The notes: generated by a model from the sequence alone, not told the origin. DNA of 40,000 nt from Staphylococcus aureus (GCA_040062795.1 JBEAMH010000001.1:289597-329596); one strand, 5' to 3'; positions 22,448 to 31,110 are shown, counted from the stretch's first letter. Numbers and translations: made by a program.

Positions 22448-23332
22448 ATGAAATCTATAAAAGTCTATCACTATGATGCTTTTAGCAAGGAGCCTAATAA
22501 AGGTAATCCAGCGGGCGTAGTGTTAAATGGAGATGACCTAGCAGTAGAAGAAATGCAAAAGATAGCTTTTGAAGTTGGATTCAACGAAACAGCATTTCCA
22601 ATACACTCGGATAAAGCGGATCTAAGAATACGATATTTTTCACCTAAACAAGAAATGGATTTATGTGGGCATGCTACAATGGCGGCGATATATGCATTAA
22701 AAACAAATGGGTATTTTGAAAACAAAACAGAATTAACTATTGAAACTCAGGTAGGTATTTTAACAGTGTGGATTACTTTAGATGATAATCAGCAAATTTA
22801 CATAACGATGCAACAGAACTTACCAAAATTCAAAAGTTTTGGTGGTTCTATCCAAGCATTAGCAAAATCACTAGGTATTTCAGAAACTGACATTGACGAT
22901 AAGTTACCATTAATTTATGGCAATACGGGGGCATGGACACTCTTAGTACCAATTAAATCTCTTGAAACATTTAAGCATATGAAGTCGAATAATCAATTAT
23001 TTCCGTCTATATTAAAGGAGATACCGAATGCGTCTGTCCACCCATTTTGTCTTGAAAGTTATCAAAAAGAAGCAGATATGCATGGACGACATTTTTCCTC
23101 CGCTTATTCAGGGACAGTAGAAGATCCAGTTACTGGCACTGCTTCAGGCGTTATGGGCGCTTACTTTATGAAATACATAAAAAATGGTGAAGAAGGTCCT
23201 TTAGATATAATTGTGGAACAAGGACAAGAAATGAATAAAAAAGGTAAGGTCCTCATTCATATTTCTGAGGTGAATGAAATAAAAATAACGGGAAATGCAG
23301 TGTATGTTGAAACGTTTGATATTAAATACTAA
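22448..23332 (+). CDS. PhzF-family isomerase/epimerase-like protein
   Basis: 294 aa. N-terminus VYHYDAFSKEPNKGNPAGVV, then ETAF and LCGHATMAA motifs typical of the PhzF/YddE family. RBS is AGGGGG. Confidence 0.85.
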   Translation: MKSIKVYHYDAFSKEPNKGNPAGVVLNGDDLAVEEMQKIAFEVGFNETAFPIHSDKADLRIRYFSPKQEMDLCGHATMAAIYALKTNGYFENKTELTIETQVGILTVWITLDDNQQIYITMQQNLPKFKSFGGSIQALAKSLGISETDIDDKLPLIYGNTGAWTLLVPIKSLETFKHMKSNNQLFPSILKEIPNASVHPFCLESYQKEADMHGRHFSSAYSGTVEDPVTGTASGVMGAYFMKYIKNGEEGPLDIIVEQGQEMNKKGKVLIHISEVNEIKITGNAVYVETFDIKY

Positions 23333-23481
23333 TACATCATTTTGATATAAAAATAATAATTATCTGACTTTTTTCATTAATATAACTTTGTGTTTATAAC
23401 ACCTATATAGTAAAGTTAATTTAAGTATAAGTTTATAGTAAATAATAAATAAACTGAGATATTTAGAGAGGTTTGATAATT

Positions 23482-23877
23482 ATGGATTTAGACAAAGTCA
23501 TAAATGCTTATAAAGTAATACTCTCAAACGCTTCTGTAGAAAGTTATAAACATAACAAAGGAATGTCTAAATTAATGACATGGTTTTTTAAAAACCCTGA
23601 AACAAAAAGTGAAGGATTACAGTTCCTAGAAAATTTAGATACAGAATCTTTCTATCATTTACTTAGCGCATGGGATATAGGTAGAAGTATTCTCACAGCG
23701 CCTGATTGCTTGAAAGATGATATTAGATTAAGTGGTAGTAAAGAACAATTAATGAAAGAAAATGTTAAATTGCTTAAAAATAATCTGCCAAATCAAAATG
23801 AAGCAGCAATTTACTTTAAAGACAAAGATTGTATATTTGTGAAACAATGCCTTATGGCATATCAAAAAGAATTTTAA
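23482..23877 (+). CDS. Hypothetical protein (131 aa), possibly DUF3775-like
   Basis: ATG 23482 is preferred over TTG 23473 because of RBS spacing. The segment FYHLLSAWDIGRS is faintly reminiscent of DUF3775. Confidence 0.55.
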   Translation: MDLDKVINAYKVILSNASVESYKHNKGMSKLMTWFFKNPETKSEGLQFLENLDTESFYHLLSAWDIGRSILTAPDCLKDDIRLSGSKEQLMKENVKLLKNNLPNQNEAAIYFKDKDCIFVKQCLMAYQKEF

Positions 23878-23882
23878 TAAAA

Positions 23883-23932
23883 AAACACCCCTTTTAAAAG
23901 TAGTTTTATACTTTTGAAAGGGGTGTTTTTAA
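23883..23932. terminator. Bidirectional rho-independent terminator
   Basis: AAACACCCCTTTTAAAAGTA-loop-TACTTTTGAAAGGGGTGTTT with flanking A and T runs. Confidence 0.85.
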
Positions 23933-24013
23933 TTTTCACTAATGTAATGTTTGATTGTGAAAATAGGCAATAATAAAATCGCCATTTGTATGAGATCTAG
24001 GGTGCATTATTTT

Positions 24014-24178
24014 TTATGAATGTGCACCATCGACATTGGTTGATAAAATTTCTAAATATTTGTATATATTTGCTGAGGTTGTATCCTTGGGTAGACTATG
24101 TGTAAATTGATGTCCATTCTGTGTTTTAACAGTATAAGTGATATGATCTTGATTGATATTATAATTAATGATTTGCAT
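24014..24178 (-). CDS. Small hypothetical protein (54 aa)
   Basis: AAGGAG RBS 6 nt before ATG. Sequence is MQIINYNINQDHITYTVKTQNGHQFTHSLPKDTTSANIYKYLEILSTNVDGAHS. Below the ORF-track size cut-off. Confidence 0.5.
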   Translation of the reverse strand: MQIINYNINQDHITYTVKTQNGHQFTHSLPKDTTSANIYKYLEILSTNVDGAHS

Positions 24179-24440
24179 AAAATTCTCCTTGGAAATTGAA
24201 TTTTTATTTAATTCACAATATAAGTATGAGTCAATTTTCTTATCAAACTTATTGCTTTAGGCTATCTATACCCATTATCATTTAATTGTACTACATATAA
24301 AGATAATTTGTTAAAAAAAAGATGATTTATGGTGAATTTTTGCATTTTGGTACACATTTCATTTTAAATCTAATGCTTAACGTAAAATATTTATTTTATG
24401 AAAATATTAAATATAATAATTTATTATCAATCTTATGTTA

Positions 24441-24728
24441 AATAATATTGATACATTAGTTAGTACTGCTGGTGTTGCCTTATTAGATAAAGTAGAAACG
24501 TTATCAAGCGATATTTGGTAAAACAAATTGATTTAAACCTAACAACTTTCATTTAAAATGTCACAAAAAGTAGGTAAAGCAAGAGAAGACGCATTAGCAG
24601 GTATCCCTTTAGGCCGTTTTGGTGAACCTGAAGAAGTAGCAGCAATTGCTTTATTTTTAGCGAGTGATGCGACTAATTTTATGACTGGAGAAACCATCGT
24701 ATTAGATGGCGGAAATACAATTAAATAA
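24441..24728 (+). pseudogene. Relic of a short-chain dehydrogenase/reductase (SDR, FabG-like) gene
   Basis: NNIDTLVSTAGVALLDKVETLSSDIW-stop, then a frameshift to KQIDLNLTTFI-stop, then MSQKVGKAREDALAGIPLGRFGEPEEVAAIALFLASDATNFMTGETIVLDGGNTIK-stop. The N-terminal Rossmann segment and the catalytic S...YxxxK segment are both missing. Confidence 0.75.
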
Positions 24729-24827
24729 TATAATTAGAAAATGACATCAAAAAGCTTGTGAACATTTGTGTACAAGTTTTTTGAATGTTTATATAAACAA
24801 ATAGCACATCTAAAATGTGAGATGTCT

Positions 24828-25100
24828 TTAATCATGAAGTAGTTGTAAGATTTCATCGTATTTTTTTTCATCTAATGTACCTAATGGGCTTTCTTCAATT
24901 TTAAATAATAAAAAATCATCCTTTTGATTAAAAGCATCTCTAATCTGGTTAAAGATTTCATTTTTTTCTAATTCACTTTTCAAAAGCCATAAACCTCTAT
25001 AGATATAAATAGATTTTCCTAAGTTATTTAGCTTAGCTGGCAATTTTTCATAGCCATATGAAATTGAATTTAAATTATACGACAATATATATTTTGACAT
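24828..25100 (-). CDS. Hypothetical protein (90 aa)
   Basis: Strong AAAGGAGG RBS. The sequence suggests alternating strand and helix segments. No recognisable motif. Confidence 0.6.
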   Translation of the reverse strand: MSKYILSYNLNSISYGYEKLPAKLNNLGKSIYIYRGLWLLKSELEKNEIFNQIRDAFNQKDDFLLFKIEESPLGTLDEKKYDEILQLLHD

Positions 25101-25654
25101 TGATATCAGCCTCCTTTATAAGCATATCATTAACTCTAATTTAAAAGTTGGAGAATGGTTATGAATAAAAAATTATAACTTAAAATCAACAATTTAAAGC
25201 TTAAAAATAATTTAGTAGTAGATTTAACATTGTGGAAATATGTAGTGTCTGTTTGTGTACATTTAGTTGGATGTATAAATTTTACTTTTATATTATTTTC
25301 AAGATATGTGGCTCTTTTCATGGTTGCTATAAAAACTTTATTATTTAGTAATTTAAAATTACGTTAAAACAAAGTCATTACAAATCTATATGAAGTTTTA
25401 AAAGATACAAAATACTTAACAGTTTATTGATATTTTCAAAAGGGTATGATTTTAGTATTCTGAATAGTTTGAAACATCTTGAATAAGTCGAGTTTTATAA
25501 GAGCTATAACGATAGAAATTGGCAAATGATTTACTTAATAATCTTAGTTAAAAAGAAAAGCACGAGGTCCAAACGATAAATATGTCTTTGCTATTGAGTT
25601 GATTTAAGAAATCAATAGCTATGTATCAAAATAAATATCATAAAGGAGAATTTT

Positions 25655-26470
25655 ATGAACCTTATTAAATATTTAAAATCTCAAGATGGTACAGAACTTT
25701 ACACTAAGATGAACAATACTGAAGATGCAAAAGCAAATATCATAATAGTGCATGGGTTAGGAGAACATTTAGATCGTTATGATGAATTAACTGCATATTT
25801 GAATTTTAATAGCTATAATGTTATTCGTTATGATCAAAGAGGTCATGGACGTTCTGGTGGCACTGAAACTTTTTATAGTAATATTAATGAAATTGTAGAG
25901 GATTTAATAGCAGTTATAGAGTATGTGAAAACAAATTTTGAGGGCCCAATTTACTTAATTGGTCATAGTATGGGAGGTTATACTGTGACATTATTTGGGA
26001 CGAAATATCCAAATGAAGTTGCTGGTATAATAACCTCAGGAGCTTTAACGCGTTATAACTTAAAATTATTTGGTGAGCCAGATAAAAGTATTTCTTCTCA
26101 TGAATATGTCCCAAATGAATTAGGGGCAGGCTTATGTTCGGATCAATCAGTGATTGAAAATTATAAAGCTGATGATTTAAATGCTAAACGAATATCTATG
26201 GGGCTAATTTTCACAATTCGTGAAGGTATAGATTATTTAAAAGAACATGCAATTCAGTTTCAAGATAATATACTAATCTTACATGGCAAAGAAGATGGGT
26301 TAGTTAGTTATAAAGACTCTATCCAATTATATGATGAAATAGGATCTGAACATAAATCAATTCATATTTATGACAGATTGGAACACGAAATTTTTAATGA
26401 ATCAAGCTATAATCAAAGTATATTTAATGAAATTGTCGATTGGTTAGATTATGAATTAAAAAATGGTTGA
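25655..26470 (+). CDS. Alpha/beta hydrolase (lysophospholipase / monoacylglycerol-lipase-like)
   Basis: 271 aa with HGLGEH, the nucleophile elbow GHSMGG and a C-terminal HE. RBS is AAAGGAG. Confidence 0.8.
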   Translation: MNLIKYLKSQDGTELYTKMNNTEDAKANIIIVHGLGEHLDRYDELTAYLNFNSYNVIRYDQRGHGRSGGTETFYSNINEIVEDLIAVIEYVKTNFEGPIYLIGHSMGGYTVTLFGTKYPNEVAGIITSGALTRYNLKLFGEPDKSISSHEYVPNELGAGLCSDQSVIENYKADDLNAKRISMGLIFTIREGIDYLKEHAIQFQDNILILHGKEDGLVSYKDSIQLYDEIGSEHKSIHIYDRLEHEIFNESSYNQSIFNEIVDWLDYELKNG

Positions 26471-26594
26471 TTTTTCAAATTATATTTACATTATTATTGT
26501 TGAATACTTCAATAGCCGTTTTAAAATGTTTGTTTTGATTTAGTGAACATTTTACATTAAATATACAAGTCATGACTGCGGAGGAAATAAAAAT

Positions 26595-26771
26595 ATGATG
26601 ATAAAAACACTGCACATGCAATATGAAGAAAGTTTTGAAGCATTTGATAATCGCGTGAATGAGTTTTTACAGGAAGTAAATGATAAACAACACTGGGAAC
26701 TTGTGAGCGTGACACCGTCAATTACGAATAGTTTAGAAGGTGTAGACTACTTTATAACAGTACTTTCATAA
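26595..26771 (+). CDS. Small cytoplasmic protein (58 aa), Cse60-like architecture
   Basis: GGAGGA RBS. The sequence MMIKTLHMQYEESFEAFDNRVNEFLQEVNDKQHWELVSVTPSITNSLEGVDYFITVLS resembles the size and pattern of Cse60-family proteins. Confidence 0.5.
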   Translation: MMIKTLHMQYEESFEAFDNRVNEFLQEVNDKQHWELVSVTPSITNSLEGVDYFITVLS

Positions 26772-26884
26772 TTAGTCAGAGTAATTTCCGATATTGATTG
26801 TAGTATAGCCTTATGGATAATAGGAAATCAGTGAGTTTAGAAAAGATTACAATGATAAAGTATAAAATAAAAAGGAGGATCGAT

Positions 26885-27271
26885 ATGAAAATTATAGCAA
26901 TGAGTATTTTTGTAGATGATCAAGAAAAGGCAAAACAATTTTATACTGAAAAATTAGGTTTCGAATTGAGACATGACATTGAAATGGGAGGAGGTTTTAA
27001 GTGGTTGACAGTGAAAGAACGTAACTCTAATAATCCAGTTGAAATTGTATTAGAGCCTAATGTCAGTCCCATTGCTAAAGATTACCAAGAAGGGCTATAT
27101 AAAGCTAGTATACCTGTAACAATGTTCGGTATTGAAAATCTTGATCAAATATATCAAACATTAATTGGTAAAAATGTGTCATTCCATACTGAGCCTAAAG
27201 AAGTTGAAGGAATAAAACTTGCAGTAATTGATGATACTTGTGGGAATTTAGTTCAACTTATAGAACAATAA
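26885..27271 (+). CDS. VOC-family (glyoxalase/bleomycin-resistance/dioxygenase fold) protein
   Basis: The start is moved to ATG 26885 (AAGGAGG RBS). 128 aa (MKIIAMSIFVDDQEKAKQFYTEKLGFEL...). Confidence 0.75.
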   Translation: MKIIAMSIFVDDQEKAKQFYTEKLGFELRHDIEMGGGFKWLTVKERNSNNPVEIVLEPNVSPIAKDYQEGLYKASIPVTMFGIENLDQIYQTLIGKNVSFHTEPKEVEGIKLAVIDDTCGNLVQLIEQ

Positions 27272-27331
27272 TGCTTTATAAATCTATCGATGAGTAAAGG
27301 CAATTAATGATAAAAGTTCAGGAGATATTCT

Positions 27332-27769
27332 ATGGAATTTATAGTAAAAAATACGGAAGATTTAACGAATATTGAGTTATTACATATTATAGAAGAACGG
27401 ATTAACGTATTTGTAGTTGAACAGGAATGTGTGTACCAAGAAGTAGATGAAGCTGATAAGGATGCATTGCACGTTATACTGAAAAATGGCAATGATATTG
27501 TTGCTTACACACGTGTTATAGACTGTCAATCGTATATTAGTTTTGGAAGAGTGTTAGTAGTTCCAAAGTATAGAATGCAGGGGTATGGACGTGAAATTGT
27601 CCAGAAAACTATAGACACGATTAATGAACGATTTAGTAGCTCATTAATTAAAATTTCTGGCCAAGCTCATTTGAAAACTTTTTATGAATCATTTGGTTTT
27701 CAAAGTATTTCTGAAATTTACTTAGAAGACAATATACCTCATATTACTTTTGAAAAATTAGCTAAGTAA
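27332..27769 (+). CDS. GNAT-family N-acetyltransferase (ElaA-like)
   Basis: 145 aa with an acetyl-CoA-binding-type motif RVLVVPKYRMQGYGREIV. Confidence 0.8.
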   Translation: MEFIVKNTEDLTNIELLHIIEERINVFVVEQECVYQEVDEADKDALHVILKNGNDIVAYTRVIDCQSYISFGRVLVVPKYRMQGYGREIVQKTIDTINERFSSSLIKISGQAHLKTFYESFGFQSISEIYLEDNIPHITFEKLAK

Positions 27770-27830
27770 TAAATATATTCAATTTCTGTAGTGATGGTCG
27801 AAATTACAAGGTCATACAGTTATAATTATA

Positions 27831-27866
27831 AAAAGGTGGTTTCCAGAAATGGAAACCACCTTTTTT
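27831..27866 (+). terminator. Rho-independent terminator
   Basis: AAAAGGTGGTTTCC-AGAAAT-GGAAACCACCTTTT followed by TT. Confidence 0.85.
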
Positions 27867-28039
27867 ATCAAGCCAAATTTACTTGCCGGAATTTATCTCA
27901 TTTATACTGAACTCAATGTATCTTATATTTTTAACTACAAACATATATACTCTTTTAAATACATGTGATAGCCCCTTATATTTAAAAGTATGTTGACGAT
28001 TGCTATATTGTTTGAAATGTATGTAATTAAATTAACAAT

Positions 28040-28207
28040 TTATTTTTTATGCATTTTATCGATATCTTGAGAAACTAGCATTAATAATTCTTCCGTTTCA
28101 GAGTCTGTTAAATCATCAGAACCTTTGATTCTAATAACCGAGCCTTTATCCGTTTTAACATGGTAAATAGGCTCGTCATCTTTATATACTTTGCGTAATA
28201 CTTCCAT
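28040..28207 (-). CDS. Small hypothetical protein (55 aa), intact member of a local paralog pair
   Basis: ATG 28207 lies after GGGTGAT. Sequence is MEVLRKVYKDDEPIYHVKTDKGSVIRIKGSDDLTDSETEELLMLVSQDIDKMHKK. Confidence 0.55.
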   Translation of the reverse strand: MEVLRKVYKDDEPIYHVKTDKGSVIRIKGSDDLTDSETEELLMLVSQDIDKMHKK

Positions 28208-28514
28208 TTCATCACCCTTTTTTATCTGAAACAATTCTTTATCACTTTTACTTCACGATAGTTAATATTAAGAATTGAGCGGTTGTCGTAATTCCCAATG
28301 ATTTTTATTTAATAACTGGAAATTATTAATACTTTAACTATAGGATAACTTTTTGTTGAATTGTTTTCCAACAGTATGATTAAATTCATTTAATTTTTTG
28401 CTGTTTACATTTAGATACATATGTTTTATCAACGAAAAAAATGTAAGTATGAAAAAATAATAAGAAAAACATTATAAAAATTAGTGATTTAGGTTTTTAT
28501 TATATAATAAGTGG

Positions 28515-28613
28515 GTAATTATAAGTAAGCACAAGAAGTCCTCCAAACTTTAGTGTGGAATATATTTTCGATTCGAGATTTCACGCCACTTTTCGAAGTG
28601 GCGTATTTCTTTT
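28515..28613 (+). ncRNA. Candidate small RNA or terminator-containing leader
   Basis: TATAAT at 28503-28508. CCUCC at 28540-28544. Hairpin TCCAAAC-TTTA-GTGTGGA (28542-28559). Terminator ACGCCACTT-TTCG-AAGTGGCGT plus a U-rich tract (28583-28613). No CDS lies upstream on this strand. Confidence 0.35.
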
Positions 28614-28666
28614 ATATTGGTAGTGAGTTATATTATTAGTAGTATTAATTTAAGAGGATGTAGAGA

Positions 28667-28897
28667 ATGAAGTTACTCAATATACTTTCGTTAATTTGTA
28701 GCATATTTATAACTATGATAATCATCTACGGTGTGATCATGATGATTGCTGATTTTATGGGAATGACGACATTTAATAATCAGTTACTAATTGTGGGTCT
28801 CGCTTTAGTATTGCTAAGTGGATTAATTGGGAAGCAAAAACCAGGGTTGTCCATGCTTATATTATTCGCAGGCTTTATAGTAGTAGTTATGAATTAA
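28667..28897 (+). CDS. Small membrane protein (76 aa, three hydrophobic segments)
   Basis: AAGAGGA RBS, hydrophobic throughout, strong terminator downstream. Confidence 0.6.
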   Translation: MKLLNILSLICSIFITMIIIYGVIMMIADFMGMTTFNNQLLIVGLALVLLSGLIGKQKPGLSMLILFAGFIVVVMN

Positions 28898-28908
28898 TGT
28901 ATTTAAAT

Positions 28909-28960
28909 ATGCAGTCCAATAAGCTGAATTAAATTCAACTTATTGGACTGCATTTTATTT
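28909..28960. terminator. Rho-independent terminator (long perfect hairpin)
   Basis: ATGCAGTCCAATAAGCTGAATT-AA-ATTCAACTTATTGGACTGCAT followed by TTTATTT. Confidence 0.85.
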
Positions 28961-28982
28961 GAATAACAGTAGGTGTACATTA

Positions 28983-29157
28983 CTATTCAACGTTATTTTT
29001 TAATTTATCATCCATATCTTCAGCGACAGTAGTTAATAACTTTTTGATTTCAGTTTTATTGTATTCATCGGTTATTTTGACTTTAACAAGTAGACCTAAA
29101 TTTGTTTTTATGTGGTAAATTGGGGCAGTATCTTCATATACTTTTCTTAAAATTTGC
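28983..29157 (-). pseudogene. Frameshifted paralog of the 28040-28207 gene
   Basis: ATG 29157 after GAGGTGAT gives MQILRKVYEDTAPIYHIKT (13 of 19 identical to the paralog), then FRSTC-stop. A shifted frame continues LGLLVKVKITDEYNKTEIKKLLTTVAEDMDDKLKNNVE-stop. The 175-nt total is consistent with a 1-nt deletion. Confidence 0.6.
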
Positions 29158-29428
29158 ATCTTATCACCTCATTGATAGGAATTACGAGCGTGCTGAGAAA
29201 TAGTTTATTAGATTATCGTAAAAGGTAGATAACTAAAGTGTAAAATGTTAACTAATTAATATATTAAAGCATTTCTGTTTAAATAGAAAATAATTGAATT
29301 TTAATCATGCCTTTGTCTTACTTCATAACAAAAGATACTTCATCATTTAGCTTTATGTGAAGTATCTTTGAGTAATAATCTTTCGAAAAAATGTAGTTGC
29401 TTAATACCTTAGCTTAAAATTTTAATTT

Positions 29429-29563
29429 TTAAAATTGGTTGTCCGTACGATCCTCTTCAACCATATCTTCCTCTGTGTCAAAATTCGTAGATGTGTTGAG
29501 TATAGTTTTTATTAAATAAGCAAATATGGCAATACCTAATAAGACTAGTATAGCTTTTTTCAT
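29429..29563 (-). CDS. Small membrane-anchored protein (44 aa) with an acidic tail
   Basis: AAAGGAG RBS. Sequence is MKKAILVLLGIAIFAYLIKTILNTSTNFDTEEDMVEEDRTDNQF. A 12-bp perfect hairpin lies downstream (29330-29368). Confidence 0.45.
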   Translation of the reverse strand: MKKAILVLLGIAIFAYLIKTILNTSTNFDTEEDMVEEDRTDNQF

Positions 29564-29804
29564 AACATCAAGCTCCTTTGTTTAAAGTAATTTCCCATCT
29601 TTTAATTTAGATTTATTAATATATATTAATAAAAAACACCAATGAAAAATCTATATCAGTATCATTTTAAATCATTTAATTATATTTTCTAATAATATCA
29701 ATTATACGAGAAAAATAAATTGTTAGACATTTTTTATGGTGTTTGATGCATTAGATGTAAATCTAAAATAAGGCAATATGGAAACTTGTTTAGTGAAAAA
29801 GTCG

Positions 29805-30767
29805 CTATTTTATAAGTTTAGGTATGATTTTAATGTATAAAAGTTCACTAAATAGTTCAGTTAATGTTTGTGTAATAACCACTATTGTAGTAATAGTGAC
29901 CCATTGATTTGGTAAAGAAAGGACAAGTGGCAGTATGACTAATGCATTTCTTGTACTCGAACTAAAAGCTAAAGTTCGTGTGTCTACGACTTCTAAATTA
30001 AATAATTTACCACACAAATAACCTATAAAAGGAGCTACTATAATAAAACATACATAGATGGGAATCACAGTTAGTACAACATTTAAATCATGTGTAATCT
30101 TATTTATTTGGGAACCAACAACTGAAAAAAGTACAAGTGACATAAAAATTTCCGGCAACCATGTTGTGAGATTTAACGCTCGATCCATCGTTTTAAATTT
30201 TTTACTAGAAAATTGTAAAATTAATGCCAGGATCAATGGTAAGACAATAAAAGTGAAAAAAGCATTTAAGAATGGGTTAATATCAATAGATGTTAAAACA
30301 TTATTATTTAAAAATAGGGTACAATAAATTGGTAATAATGTGATTTGTAATATAAATAGTATAGGTGTTGAAACTAACATATATTGTGCGTTGCCTTTGC
30401 CTAATGCAGTAAAGACGATGACGTAGTCAATGCACGGCGTCAATAAAACAAGATACAGACCTATTAGTATGGGGGCTGAGTTAATATTAAATATTTGTAT
30501 TAAAACATAGACAAATACAGGGATAATCACAAAGTTCGATAAAATTAACGCTATCATATACCTCATGTTTAAAAGACGTTGACGAACATTTAAAAATGGA
30601 ATTTGTGAAAACATACTAAACATTAAAATGGCAATGAAAACAGAAATAAAAGATTCTAGTAAGTTAGAAAAGGAAGGTGAAGTTAAGCCTATAAACGCAC
30701 CGAAGAATAGTGCCGCAAAGTATATATATATTTGATAATGTTCAATTTGTGTTTTTAAGTGTTGCAT
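29805..30767 (-). CDS. BASS/ACR3-type transporter (bile acid:sodium symporter / arsenical-resistance-like family)
   Basis: 320 aa with about 10 TM segments. Own sigma-A-type promoter (TTAACA, 16 nt, TATAAT) about 45 nt upstream. The family assignment comes from overall topology and N-terminal sequence resemblance. Confidence 0.6.
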   Translation of the reverse strand: MQHLKTQIEHYQIYIYFAALFFGAFIGLTSPSFSNLLESFISVFIAILMFSMFSQIPFLNVRQRLLNMRYMIALILSNFVIIPVFVYVLIQIFNINSAPILIGLYLVLLTPCIDYVIVFTALGKGNAQYMLVSTPILFILQITLLPIYCTLFLNNNVLTSIDINPFLNAFFTFIVLPLILALILQFSSKKFKTMDRALNLTTWLPEIFMSLVLFSVVGSQINKITHDLNVVLTVIPIYVCFIIVAPFIGYLCGKLFNLEVVDTRTLAFSSSTRNALVILPLVLSLPNQWVTITTIVVITQTLTELFSELLYIKIIPKLIK

Positions 30768-30907
30768 AGTGACCTCGCTTATTAGTTAATCAATATAAAC
30801 AATTATAACTGAATACAAGTAACTGTTAAAATTAAGTTGTACGTCGAATCGTATCATAAATCAATTTTTAATTGTGTTCTCAACTTAAATTTTGATATAA
30901 TAACCAA

Positions 30908-31027
30908 ACATGCCTTAGGGCATGACAGAATATAACGGAGATGGGTTTTCTGCATGCGCTTTGGCATGTGAAGATTCATGACTCCCGTTATAGTCAAAAG
31001 CCCCTTTAATTAGGGGTTTTTTTGTTT
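30908..31027 (+). ncRNA. Candidate structured small RNA (about 120 nt) with its own promoter and terminator
   Basis: Extended -10 TGATATAAT (30893-30901) and -35-like TTGTGT. Hairpin 1 is CATGCC-TTAG-GGCATG (30909-30924). Hairpin 2 is a long imperfect helix closed by ATAACGG (30932-38) / CCGTTAT (30985-91), with inner GCATGC/GCATGT pairing. The terminator is AAAAGCCCC-TTTAATTA-GGGGTTTTTTT (30997-31023). Confidence 0.5.
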
Positions 31028-31045
31028 AATAAAAATAATAATTTA

Positions 31046-31094
31046 AATAAAAAAAGCTCACAATCAATGAGTGGAGTAAATGAATGATTGTGAG
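31046..31094 (-). terminator. Rho-independent terminator of the 31111-31642 minus-strand genes
   Basis: On the minus strand, CTCACAATCA-loop-TGATTGTGAG is followed by CTTTTTTTATTT. Confidence 0.7.
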
Positions 31095-31110
31095 GGAAAA
31101 CATTTGCATA

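Noticed and set aside
25136-25321. 61-aa minus-strand ORF
   Set aside because: It has no Shine-Dalgarno sequence, lies in an AT-rich intergenic region and gives an implausible product. It is probably non-coding.
25591-25620. Imperfect palindrome GCTATTGAGTTGATTT-AAG-AAATCAATAGC upstream of the alpha/beta hydrolase gene
   Set aside because: It could be an operator, but there is no adjacent regulator gene and the pairing is ambiguous (a 5-nt bulge). The evidence is too weak to call.
18003-28558. A 12-nt match, AACTTTAGTGTG, near 18003 and again near 28547, considered as a possible distal att-like repeat
   Set aside because: A 12-mer match within 40 kb of AT-rich DNA is expected by chance, and the flanks do not align.
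30922-31009. Micro-ORFs inside the sRNA candidate (MTEYNGDGFSACALACEDS and MGFLHALWHVKIHDSRYSQKPL)
   Set aside because: The SD-like sequences are only 0-1 nt from the ATG and are sequestered in helices. The peptides are neither hydrophobic nor otherwise suggestive. A non-coding interpretation is preferred.
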